From positions 115,544-179,543 of the forward strand of contig DGTK01000017.1 in the NCBI GenBank assembly GCA_002393735.1: a stretch of DNA of 64,000 nucleotides, given 5' to 3'. Both the position numbers and the translations under genes were made by a program. Below are positions 10,275 through 18,341 of the stretch, piece after piece. The stretch is from Lachnospiraceae bacterium UBA4338 (GTDB lineage Bacteria; Bacillota; Clostridia; Lachnospirales; Lachnospiraceae). How positions within the stretch are numbered: position 1 is the first letter of the stretch; each line of letters opens with the position of its first letter. A model generated the notes under the pieces. The model did not search any database and was not told the DNA's origin. It saw nothing but the letters and a program-made list of their open reading frames with translations.

Positions 10275-11945
10275 ATGTTAGAACATGTTCATATTGTTAA
10301 TTTTGTCTTAATAGACGATGTTGATATTGATTTCGGCCCGGGTCTCAACATATTAACCGGTGAGACCGGTGCCGGTAAATCTATTATTCTTGGTTCTATT
10401 AATCTGGCTTTGGGTGCCAAGGCTGACAAGAATTACATTCGTAAAGGCGCTGATTATGCTTATATTGAAATGGTATTTTCAATTGATAATGAAAAGCAGA
10501 AAGAAGTGCTTCAGAGTCTAGATATTTATCCGGATGACAATTTAATAGTAATCTCACGAAAAATCATGGAGAATAAGTCTATTGCAAGAGTTTGTGGTGA
10601 AGCTGTAAGTAATCATAATCTTAAACTTATTTCCTCCATTTTTCTTGATGTCTATGGACAGAGGGATTATCAGGTTCTTTTAAGAAATGAAATGCATATT
10701 TCCATTCTTGATGATTATATTGGTACTGATTTAAACAGCACTTTATCTGATTATAAGAATGCTTATGAAGACTATCTTAAAGTTAAAAGTGCTTTGGCTG
10801 ATTGTGAAGCAATGCTAAAGAATAAAGATAAGGAAATGTCACTTCTTGAATACCAGATAGATGAGATAGAAAAGGCTAATCTTCATAAAGGTGAAGAAGA
10901 AGAGATTAAGGCTTTTCTTGATGTTGCAGAAAATTCCAAGAAGATTCTTGATGTTTTAAATAAAGTCAATTTCAATTTAAAAGATAATAATGTTTCAGTT
11001 TCATCCCTTATGAATGATTCGCTAAAAGAAGTATCAATGATAAGCGATATTTCAAAAGACTTAAATGAAATATATAAGGGTCTGTCTGATGCTGATGCAA
11101 TTCTCTCAGATATCGGAAGAAAATGTGATATAGTTGCAGAGTCTCTTGATTTGGATCCTGCATCTTTGGAAGAAGCAAGAGAGAGATATAATCTTATTGA
11201 TGAACTTGAAAGAAAATACGGAAATACCATAGATGATGTGCTTTTATACCTAAATAAAATAAAAGCAGATTATGATAAGTTTACTGATATTGAGAATCTC
11301 TATAATGAGACAAATCTTAAACTTAAAAAGGCATTTGATAAACTTCAGACTAAAGGAAATAAACTTACTGAACTAAGGAAAAAGAAAGCACTTCTGCTTG
11401 AAAAAGAGATTATTAAAGTATTAAAAGAACTTAATTTTAATGATTCCAGATTCCAGATAAGCATCAGTCCTTTAGATGATTATGGTCAGGATGGAATAGA
11501 TGATGTTGTATTTTTAGTTGCTACCAATAAAGGTGAAGATTTAAAAGAAGTATCCTTTGTGGCAAGTGGTGGTGAATTATCAAGAATTATGCTGGCTATT
11601 AAGAGTGTTACTGCAGATAATGATAATACGGGAACCCTGATATTCGATGAAATCGATTCGGGTATAAGCGGTAATGCAGCATGGAGTGTAGGTAAGAAAC
11701 TTAAGGAAATAGCATCAAATCATCAGGTTTTATGTATTACGCATCTTCCTCAGATTGCAGCTATGTCTGACAAGCATTTCTATATCCTTAAAGAAGAGGA
11801 AAAGGGTAAGACGGTTACTCATATAAATGTGCTTGATGAAGAAGGAATTTTTGAAGAGATAGCGAGACTTAGTGGCGGAGGTGCTTCGTCAAAACTTCAG
11901 ATGGAGAGTGCGAAGGAACTGAGAGAGAGGGCGAAGGAGTTTTAA
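10275..11945 (+). CDS. recN: DNA repair protein RecN
   Basis: GETGAGKS Walker A, ASGGELSR signature, FDEID, ITHLPQ. Confidence 0.96.
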   Translation: MLEHVHIVNFVLIDDVDIDFGPGLNILTGETGAGKSIILGSINLALGAKADKNYIRKGADYAYIEMVFSIDNEKQKEVLQSLDIYPDDNLIVISRKIMENKSIARVCGEAVSNHNLKLISSIFLDVYGQRDYQVLLRNEMHISILDDYIGTDLNSTLSDYKNAYEDYLKVKSALADCEAMLKNKDKEMSLLEYQIDEIEKANLHKGEEEEIKAFLDVAENSKKILDVLNKVNFNLKDNNVSVSSLMNDSLKEVSMISDISKDLNEIYKGLSDADAILSDIGRKCDIVAESLDLDPASLEEARERYNLIDELERKYGNTIDDVLLYLNKIKADYDKFTDIENLYNETNLKLKKAFDKLQTKGNKLTELRKKKALLLEKEIIKVLKELNFNDSRFQISISPLDDYGQDGIDDVVFLVATNKGEDLKEVSFVASGGELSRIMLAIKSVTADNDNTGTLIFDEIDSGISGNAAWSVGKKLKEIASNHQVLCITHLPQIAAMSDKHFYILKEEEKGKTVTHINVLDEEGIFEEIARLSGGGASSKLQMESAKELRERAKEF

Positions 11946-11962
11946 AGTTTAGGCTTTGTTCA

Positions 11963-12049
11963 AGCGCGTCGTCCAAAACTACTCTCCCAAAAGCTCATTG
12001 CTGCAAGCAGCACAGGATCGCTTTTGTGAGAGCATTTTGTCCTAGCGCT
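11963..12049. repeat. Long imperfect palindrome (REP-like hairpin) with TGCAAGCA apex
   Basis: Nested inverted arms agcgc/gcgct, caaaa/ttttg, ctctc/gagag, caaaagc/gcttttg, tgctgc/gcagca. Confidence 0.7.
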
Positions 12050-12088
12050 AAGTGGAAGAAGTTGTTTAGGAAGGTCGATATTGAAATT

Positions 12089-12124
12089 AAAAAATGGCAG
12101 AGATTAAATTCTCTGCCATTATTT
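12089..12124. terminator. Intrinsic terminator between convergent recN and ilvE
   Basis: aatggcagag/ctctgccatt stem flanked by A- and T-rich runs. Confidence 0.8.
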
Positions 12125-12143
12125 ATTGGTTTAAATGTTTTAA

Positions 12144-13169
12144 TTATTTAATAACTTTAATCCATCCTTCAGGAGCTTCGATTTCACATCTCTGGATTCC
12201 TGTAAGAGTATCATAAATCTTCTTGGTCCATGGTCCCATTTCTTCCATTCCGCTTGGGAAGAGGATATCTGTACCGTGATCGTTGATTCTGCCTACTGGA
12301 GAAACAACAGCAGCTGTACCGCACAGACCACATTCTGCAAAGTCCTTAACTTCATCGAAGTATACTTCTCTGCATTCAACCTTCATGCCAAGATAGTGCT
12401 CAGCAACATACATGATGCTTCTTCTTGTGATTGAAGGTAAGATTGAATCTGACTTAGGAGTAACAAGTGTACCATCTTTGGTAACGAAGATGAAGTTAGC
12501 TCCACCTGTTTCTTCAACCTTTGTTCTTGTTTTTGCATCCAGGTACATATTCTCAGCATATCCTTCTCTGTGAGCAATCTGAATAGGATGGAGGCTCATT
12601 GCATAGTTAAGACCAGCCTTGATATGTCCTGTACCATTAGGAGCGGCTCTGTCGAAATCAGATACCTTAATTGAGATTGGCTTAGCGCCACCCTTGAAGT
12701 ATGGTCCAACAGGTGTAACTAAAATTCTGAATTCATATTCATCAGCCGGCTTAACACCGATAACAGGGTTGGTACCAATCATAAATGGTCTTAAGTAAAG
12801 AGAAGCACCTGTTCCGAATGGTGGAACGAAATCCTTGTTTGCTGCGATAACTTTCTCTACAGCATCAATAAATCTGTCTTCCGGGAATGGTGGCATCTCA
12901 AGTCTGATAGCTGAATCATACATTCTCTTTGCATTCATATCAGGTCTGAAGCAGACAATGTTGCCATCCTTGGTATAATATGCTTTTAATCCTTCAAAGC
13001 AGGACTGTGAATACTGGAATACACATGCGCACTCATTAAGCACGATATTGGAGTCGCTAATAATAGCGCCGTCATCCCACTTTCCGTCTTTGAACTTAGA
13101 TACATAACGATAATCACATTCAATATAGCCAAATCCTAAATTGGCCCAATCAATGTTCTTAGAACTCAT
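12144..13169 (-). CDS. ilvE: Branched-chain amino acid aminotransferase
   Basis: FEGLKAY, LYLRP, KAGLNY (PLP lysine), ILPSITR, GTAAV. Confidence 0.95.
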   Translation of the reverse strand: MSSKNIDWANLGFGYIECDYRYVSKFKDGKWDDGAIISDSNIVLNECACVFQYSQSCFEGLKAYYTKDGNIVCFRPDMNAKRMYDSAIRLEMPPFPEDRFIDAVEKVIAANKDFVPPFGTGASLYLRPFMIGTNPVIGVKPADEYEFRILVTPVGPYFKGGAKPISIKVSDFDRAAPNGTGHIKAGLNYAMSLHPIQIAHREGYAENMYLDAKTRTKVEETGGANFIFVTKDGTLVTPKSDSILPSITRRSIMYVAEHYLGMKVECREVYFDEVKDFAECGLCGTAAVVSPVGRINDHGTDILFPSGMEEMGPWTKKIYDTLTGIQRCEIEAPEGWIKVIK

Positions 13170-13253
13170 TTTAAGTTCCTCCTTTCATTTATTAAAAATC
13201 CTATCCATTATACACCTATTAAATTATCCTTTGCAAGTAGGGAAAATATAGGT

Positions 13254-13282
13254 TTGCTTATGTTTATTAAATGTATTATAAT
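13254..13282 (+). promoter_or_regulatory. Putative sigma-A promoter of the CofE-like gene (a divergent ilvE promoter lies at 13207-13236)
   Basis: TTGCTT-17-TATAAT on +; TTGCAA-18-TATAAT on -. Confidence 0.55.
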
Positions 13283-13345
13283 TATTAAAGTCGCAAAATT
13301 ACCTGATTTTGTGTAATATATACGTTTTTATAAGGAGATGTGATT

Positions 13346-14539
13346 ATGAGCAGAATGGTGGGAACAGTTTCCAGAGGACTTAGAGCTCCTATTATCAGAA
13401 GTGGTGATAATATTGCCGATATCGTTACTAACTGTGTTATGGAAGCAGTTAAGGATGGTGACTTTGAAGTCAGGGACAGAGATATTGTTGCAATGACTGA
13501 AGCGATTGTTGCAAGAGCGCAGGGCAATTATGCAACTGTTGATGATATTGCTACTGATGTTAAAAATAAATTAGGTTCAGATACAATTGGTGTAATATTT
13601 CCAATTCTTTCACGTAACAGATTCGCAATCTGCTTAAGAGGTATCGCAATGGGAGCAAAGAAGATTATTCTTATGCTTTCATATCCATCAGATGAGGTTG
13701 GTAATCATTTGATTTCAATTGATGCTGTTGACGAAAAGGGCGTTGATCCTTATAAGGATGTGCTTACACTTGAAAAATATCGTGAATTATTCGGATATCA
13801 GAAGCATCCTTTCACAGGCGTTGATTATGTTGAATATTATCAGCAGTTAATTGAAGAAGCAGGTGCTGAGTGTGAGATTATTTTTGCCAATGATCCAAGA
13901 GCAATTTTATCTTATACAAAGGATGTTATTCACTGTGATATTCATACAAGAATGCGTACCAAGAAGTTATTAAGAGCGGCCGGCGTAAACAAGATTTATG
14001 GTCTTGATGAGATTTTAAATGCTCCGGTTAACGGCAGTGGCTGCAATGAGAAATATGGTCTTCTTGGTTCTAATAAGGCAACAGAAGATAAGGTTAAATT
14101 ATTCCCGAGAAACTGCCAGCCTATTGTGGAGGAGATTCATGACAGACTTCTTGAAGCAACAGGCAAGAATGTTGAAGTTATGGTTTATGGCGACGGTGCT
14201 TTCAAGGATCCGGTTGGTAAAATCTGGGAACTTGCAGACCCTGTAGTTTCTCCTGCATATACCAAGGGATTAGAGGGTACTCCTAATGAACTTAAGTTAA
14301 AATATTTGGCGGACAATGATTTTGCAAACCTTACCGGTGATGCACTTAAGGAAGCAATTAAGGGTGAGATTTCAAAGAAAGACAGCAATCTTGTAGGTCA
14401 GATGGCATCTGAAGGAACAACTCCAAGAAGACTTACTGATTTGATTGGTTCACTTTGCGACCTTACATCCGGTTCAGGTGATAAGGGAACACCTATTGTT
14501 TATATTCAGGGTTATTTCGATAACTATACTACTGAATAA
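13346..14539 (+). CDS. Coenzyme F420-0:L-glutamate ligase (CofE)-like family protein
   Basis: N-terminal GLRAPII..GD and C-terminal DLTSGSGDKGTP resemble the clostridial F420-ligase-like family; AAGGAG RBS. Confidence 0.75.
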   Translation: MSRMVGTVSRGLRAPIIRSGDNIADIVTNCVMEAVKDGDFEVRDRDIVAMTEAIVARAQGNYATVDDIATDVKNKLGSDTIGVIFPILSRNRFAICLRGIAMGAKKIILMLSYPSDEVGNHLISIDAVDEKGVDPYKDVLTLEKYRELFGYQKHPFTGVDYVEYYQQLIEEAGAECEIIFANDPRAILSYTKDVIHCDIHTRMRTKKLLRAAGVNKIYGLDEILNAPVNGSGCNEKYGLLGSNKATEDKVKLFPRNCQPIVEEIHDRLLEATGKNVEVMVYGDGAFKDPVGKIWELADPVVSPAYTKGLEGTPNELKLKYLADNDFANLTGDALKEAIKGEISKKDSNLVGQMASEGTTPRRLTDLIGSLCDLTSGSGDKGTPIVYIQGYFDNYTTE

Positions 14540-14560
14540 TTAATAATGAATTGAAATTTT

Positions 14561-14590
14561 GGGCGGGGATGTATGTCCTCGCCCTTTTTT
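14561..14590 (+). terminator. Intrinsic terminator
   Basis: gggcgggga/tcctcgccc stem followed by T6. Confidence 0.8.
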
Positions 14591-14603
14591 GGGAAGGATT
14601 TGT

Positions 14604-15884
14604 ATGTTAAAAGAGATTTATTTATCCATGGGAATTAAGTCGGAAGTTTATGATTACTGCGAGAAAATTATTGGTTCCCTTAAGGAAAGATTCGATGAAA
14701 TTGACCAAATGGCCGAAATTAATCAGCTTAAAGTGCTTGATGCCCTTAGAAAGAATCAGGTTAGTGAAGCCTGCTTAATGGGCACAACCGGTTATGGTTA
14801 TAATGACATCGGAAGAGATACTTTAGAAAAAGTATACAGCGATATATTCCATACTGAGGATGCGCTTGTAAGGCCGCAGATTACCTGTGGAACTCATGCC
14901 CTTGCGCTGTCACTTGCTGCCAATTTAAGACCGGGAGATGAACTTATATCTCCGGTTGGAAAGCCATATGATACTTTGGAAGAGGTTATAGGAATAAGAG
15001 AGTCCAAGGGTTCTTTAAAAGAATACGGAATATCTTATAAGCAGGTCGAACTTAAAGAGGATGGATATTTTGATTACGATGCCATTAAAAATGCAATTTC
15101 TGATAAAACAAAAATGGTTACAATACAGCGTTCTAAAGGCTATTTATCAAGACCTTCCTATGGCGTAAAGGAAATCGGTGAGTTAATTAAATTTATTAAG
15201 AATATTAAGCCTGATATTATATGCCAGGTTGATAACTGCTACGGAGAATTCGTTGAAGATATAGAGCCTTCCGATGTGGGAGCAGACCTGGTAGTTGGCT
15301 CTTTAATTAAGAATCCCGGCGGTGGACTTGCTCCTATTGGCGGATATATTGCAGGCAGAAAAGATTTAATTGAAAACTGTGCTTACAGACTTACAAGTCC
15401 CGGACTTGGAAAGGAAGTTGGAGCATCACTTGAGGTATTAAGAAGCTTTTATCAGGGAATATTTTTAGCGCCTACCGTTACGGCGTCCGCCTTAAAAACC
15501 GCTGTTTTCGCAGCAAATGTTTATGAGAATCTTGGATTTAAGGTTATTCCTTCTGGGGCCGAGGAAAGACATGATATAATTCAGGCTATTACCCTTGGTT
15601 CTAAGGAGAAGATTATAGCCTTCTGTGAGGGCATTCAGAGTGCATCTCCGGTTGACAGCCATGTAAGTCCTGAACCCTGGGCTATGCCTGGATATGACAG
15701 TGATGTAATAATGGCGGCCGGAGCTTTTGTCTCAGGGTCTTCTATAGAACTTAGTGCAGACGGACCGATAAAAGAGCCGTATAATGTTTATTTCCAGGGA
15801 GGAATCACATTCCCTCACGGTAAATTTGGAATTGTTTCTTCACTTAATAAGTTATATGAATCAAATCTTGTTAGTTTACCATAA
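14604..15884 (+). CDS. Methionine gamma-lyase family / aluminium-resistance (YnbB-like) PLP enzyme
   Basis: GYGYNDIGRD, VDNCYGEF, GSLIKNPGGG. ATG at 14604 preferred over the ORF-track start, which lies in the terminator. Confidence 0.9.
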   Translation: MLKEIYLSMGIKSEVYDYCEKIIGSLKERFDEIDQMAEINQLKVLDALRKNQVSEACLMGTTGYGYNDIGRDTLEKVYSDIFHTEDALVRPQITCGTHALALSLAANLRPGDELISPVGKPYDTLEEVIGIRESKGSLKEYGISYKQVELKEDGYFDYDAIKNAISDKTKMVTIQRSKGYLSRPSYGVKEIGELIKFIKNIKPDIICQVDNCYGEFVEDIEPSDVGADLVVGSLIKNPGGGLAPIGGYIAGRKDLIENCAYRLTSPGLGKEVGASLEVLRSFYQGIFLAPTVTASALKTAVFAANVYENLGFKVIPSGAEERHDIIQAITLGSKEKIIAFCEGIQSASPVDSHVSPEPWAMPGYDSDVIMAAGAFVSGSSIELSADGPIKEPYNVYFQGGITFPHGKFGIVSSLNKLYESNLVSLP

Positions 15885-15896
15885 TAATGATATAAT
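15868..15896 (+). promoter_or_regulatory. Putative sigma-A promoter of the mre operon
   Basis: TTGTTA-17-TATAAT with an extended TG. Confidence 0.55.
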
Positions 15897-15944
15897 GTTA
15901 AATGTATTTTTGTGCAAAAAAGGATATGAGAGGACCAATATTTA

Positions 15945-16940
15945 ATGGCAAACGCGTTTGGAATAGATTTGGGAACATATACAATTAATCTGTATAACAG
16001 TTCGAAGAAAAACTTCTTAAAAGAGATTAATATGATAGCCATAGAGAATAAGAATACTTTATTCGCCTATGGCGATTCTGCGTATGAAATGTATGAGAAG
16101 GCTCCGGATAATATTAAGATTTCTTTTCCGCTTAATTCCGGTGTTATTGCAGATATTAATAACATGAAAGTGCTTTTAAAGCATTTTGTTAATGACATTT
16201 CAGATGGTAATTACAAGGGGTCGGATTTCTATATCTGTACGCCTACTGACTTAACTGATGTAGAAAGAAGAGCATTCTTTGATCTCATTAAGGAAGCTGA
16301 TCTTAAGGCAAGAAGAATATATACAATTGAGAAGGCCATTGCCTGCGGTGTCGGAATGGGTGTTGATGTAAGAAGTTCCGAAGGCGTTATGGTAGTTGAT
16401 ATTGGTTATAATACCACTGAGATTTCAGTACTTTCCTTAGGCGGTATCGTACTTAGCAAACTTATTAAGACAGGTGGTCTTGAATTTGATAATTCAATCA
16501 AGAATATGATTCGTAAGGATTATAATCTTCATATTGGTGCTAAAACAGCTGAAAATGTTAAGATTTCTCTTAATGAAATCATGAAGAATAATACAAATTA
16601 TCTTTGTTACGGAAGAGATGTTGTTAACGGTCTTCCTGTGGAAAGAGAGATTTCTTCAAAGGCTATTCTTGCAGCCATAAAACCAGATATTGATACAATC
16701 GTTGATAATGTAAAGAATATATTAGAGCGTACTCCGCCGGAACTTGCAGCAGATATCTACAGAAATGGTCTGTTTTTAGCAGGCGGCGCATCTTTGGTTT
16801 ATGACCTTCCGGTTAATCTTGCCAATGGAACGGGTCTTAAAGTTAATGCATATGAGAATGCTCAGGATATTGTAATTAAAGGTCTTAGGGATGTTATTAA
16901 TAATCCTAAGAAATACAGACAGGTTATACATGCTTTTTAA
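15945..16940 (+). CDS. mreB: Rod shape-determining protein MreB (divergent)
   Basis: GIDLGT, GVIAD, GRD...GLP, LERTPPELAADI; first gene of mreBCD. Confidence 0.92.
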   Translation: MANAFGIDLGTYTINLYNSSKKNFLKEINMIAIENKNTLFAYGDSAYEMYEKAPDNIKISFPLNSGVIADINNMKVLLKHFVNDISDGNYKGSDFYICTPTDLTDVERRAFFDLIKEADLKARRIYTIEKAIACGVGMGVDVRSSEGVMVVDIGYNTTEISVLSLGGIVLSKLIKTGGLEFDNSIKNMIRKDYNLHIGAKTAENVKISLNEIMKNNTNYLCYGRDVVNGLPVEREISSKAILAAIKPDIDTIVDNVKNILERTPPELAADIYRNGLFLAGGASLVYDLPVNLANGTGLKVNAYENAQDIVIKGLRDVINNPKKYRQVIHAF

Positions 16941-16949
16941 AGGTAACAG

Positions 16950-17816
16950 ATGAGTCCGATAGTTAGAAAATCAAAAGAAAAATTTAGTCTTCCTTCAAGA
17001 TATTATTTAGTTATATTTTCCATTATCTGTATTCTTTTAATGCTGCTTACTTTTTTTACGGATTTCCATTTGAGTGGTGCCAATGTAATTGTAGGTTATA
17101 CCATTGTTCCATGTCAGAAGGGTATATCTGCGGTGGGTACTTTTTTCTATGATAAGAAGGAACTGCTTAAGGAAATAAAGGCATTAACTAAAGAAAATGA
17201 AGAATTAAAAAAAGAAATAGATGCTCTTACTTTGGAGAATGCCAAATATCAGCAGGATATGTTTGAACTGGCATCCTTAAGAGATTTATATAATATGAAT
17301 CAGGGCTATACTGAATATGAGATGACCGGAGCGAAGGTTATCAGTTCAAGTGACAGTAACTGGTTTAATACTTTTATTATCGATAAGGGAAGTAATGATG
17401 GAATTACCACTGACATGAATGTTTTATCCGGAAGTGGTCTTGTTGGCAGGGTTACGGATGTAGGTCCTAACTGGTCCAGAGTACTTACAATAGTTGATGA
17501 TAATTCCAATGTTTCATGTACTGTACTTAGTTCATCCGATAATCTTATTGTATCAGGTGATGTATTAAAACTTGAAAATGGATATATTACTTTTTCAAAT
17601 CTTATAGATGATGACAATGATGTGGCAGTAGGAGATAAGGTTGTAACTTCAAATATAAGCGATAAGTTTATGCCGGGAATTCCGGTTGGATATATTTCTT
17701 ATATTGAAACCGATTCCAATAACCTTACCAAGTCAGGCTATATTACACCAAGCGTTGATTTTCGCCATATTAATGATGTACTGATTATACTTAAAACCAA
17801 GGATATTACTGAATAA
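16950..17816 (+). CDS. mreC: Rod shape-determining protein MreC
   Basis: N-terminal TM, coiled coil, IDKGS.DGI, GLVGRV, GDKVVTS. Confidence 0.95.
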   Translation: MSPIVRKSKEKFSLPSRYYLVIFSIICILLMLLTFFTDFHLSGANVIVGYTIVPCQKGISAVGTFFYDKKELLKEIKALTKENEELKKEIDALTLENAKYQQDMFELASLRDLYNMNQGYTEYEMTGAKVISSSDSNWFNTFIIDKGSNDGITTDMNVLSGSGLVGRVTDVGPNWSRVLTIVDDNSNVSCTVLSSSDNLIVSGDVLKLENGYITFSNLIDDDNDVAVGDKVVTSNISDKFMPGIPVGYISYIETDSNNLTKSGYITPSVDFRHINDVLIILKTKDITE

Positions 17817-17822
17817 ATATAG

Positions 17823-18341
17823 ATGAAGAGAATAATAATCAATGCAATATTAATACTTATATGTTTTGTTTTGCAGACAACTTTTTTTTCCATGTTCTCA
17901 AGAACGGGAATAGTGCCAAATATCTGTATTATTCTTATTGCAACCACAGGTTTTATGTATGGTAAAACAGAAGGCCTTTTTGTAGGTTTTATATGCGGTC
18001 TTTTGTTTGATATTTTCTCTTTTAATGTTATAGGATTCAATGCTTTGTTATTGATGATAATAGGTTATCTGAACGGGTATTTTGTAAATACATTTTATTC
18101 GGAAGATGTTAAATTACCACTGCTTTTGATTTCATTAAGTGATCTTTTATATTCTTTCGTTTATTATGTATTTTTGTTTTTATTGAACAACAAACTGGAA
18201 TTCGGCAATTATTTCTTCACAATTATTATGCCGGAATTCTTCTACACGATATTGATTTCGATTCTGTTTTATCCGCTTTTCTTATGGATACTCATAAAAC
18301 AGAACAAGAAAGAAAGACAAACTGATGTTACAGGAATTTAG
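17823..18341 (+). CDS. mreD: Rod shape-determining protein MreD
   Basis: Very hydrophobic 172 aa protein with VPN and GLLFD; follows mreC. Confidence 0.92.
   Translation: MKRIIINAILILICFVLQTTFFSMFSRTGIVPNICIILIATTGFMYGKTEGLFVGFICGLLFDIFSFNVIGFNALLLMIIGYLNGYFVNTFYSEDVKLPLLLISLSDLLYSFVYYVFLFLLNNKLEFGNYFFTIIMPEFFYTILISILFYPLFLWILIKQNKKERQTDVTGI

Noticed and set aside
13170-13345. T-box or riboswitch upstream of ilvE
   Set aside because: The leader is only about 30 nt after the predicted promoter; no T-box motif or leader terminator.
15874-15903. dif-like sequence GTTTACCATAA-N8-TAATGTTAAAT
   Set aside because: Explained by the ynbB stop codon and the mreB -10 box; the spacer length is wrong for dif.
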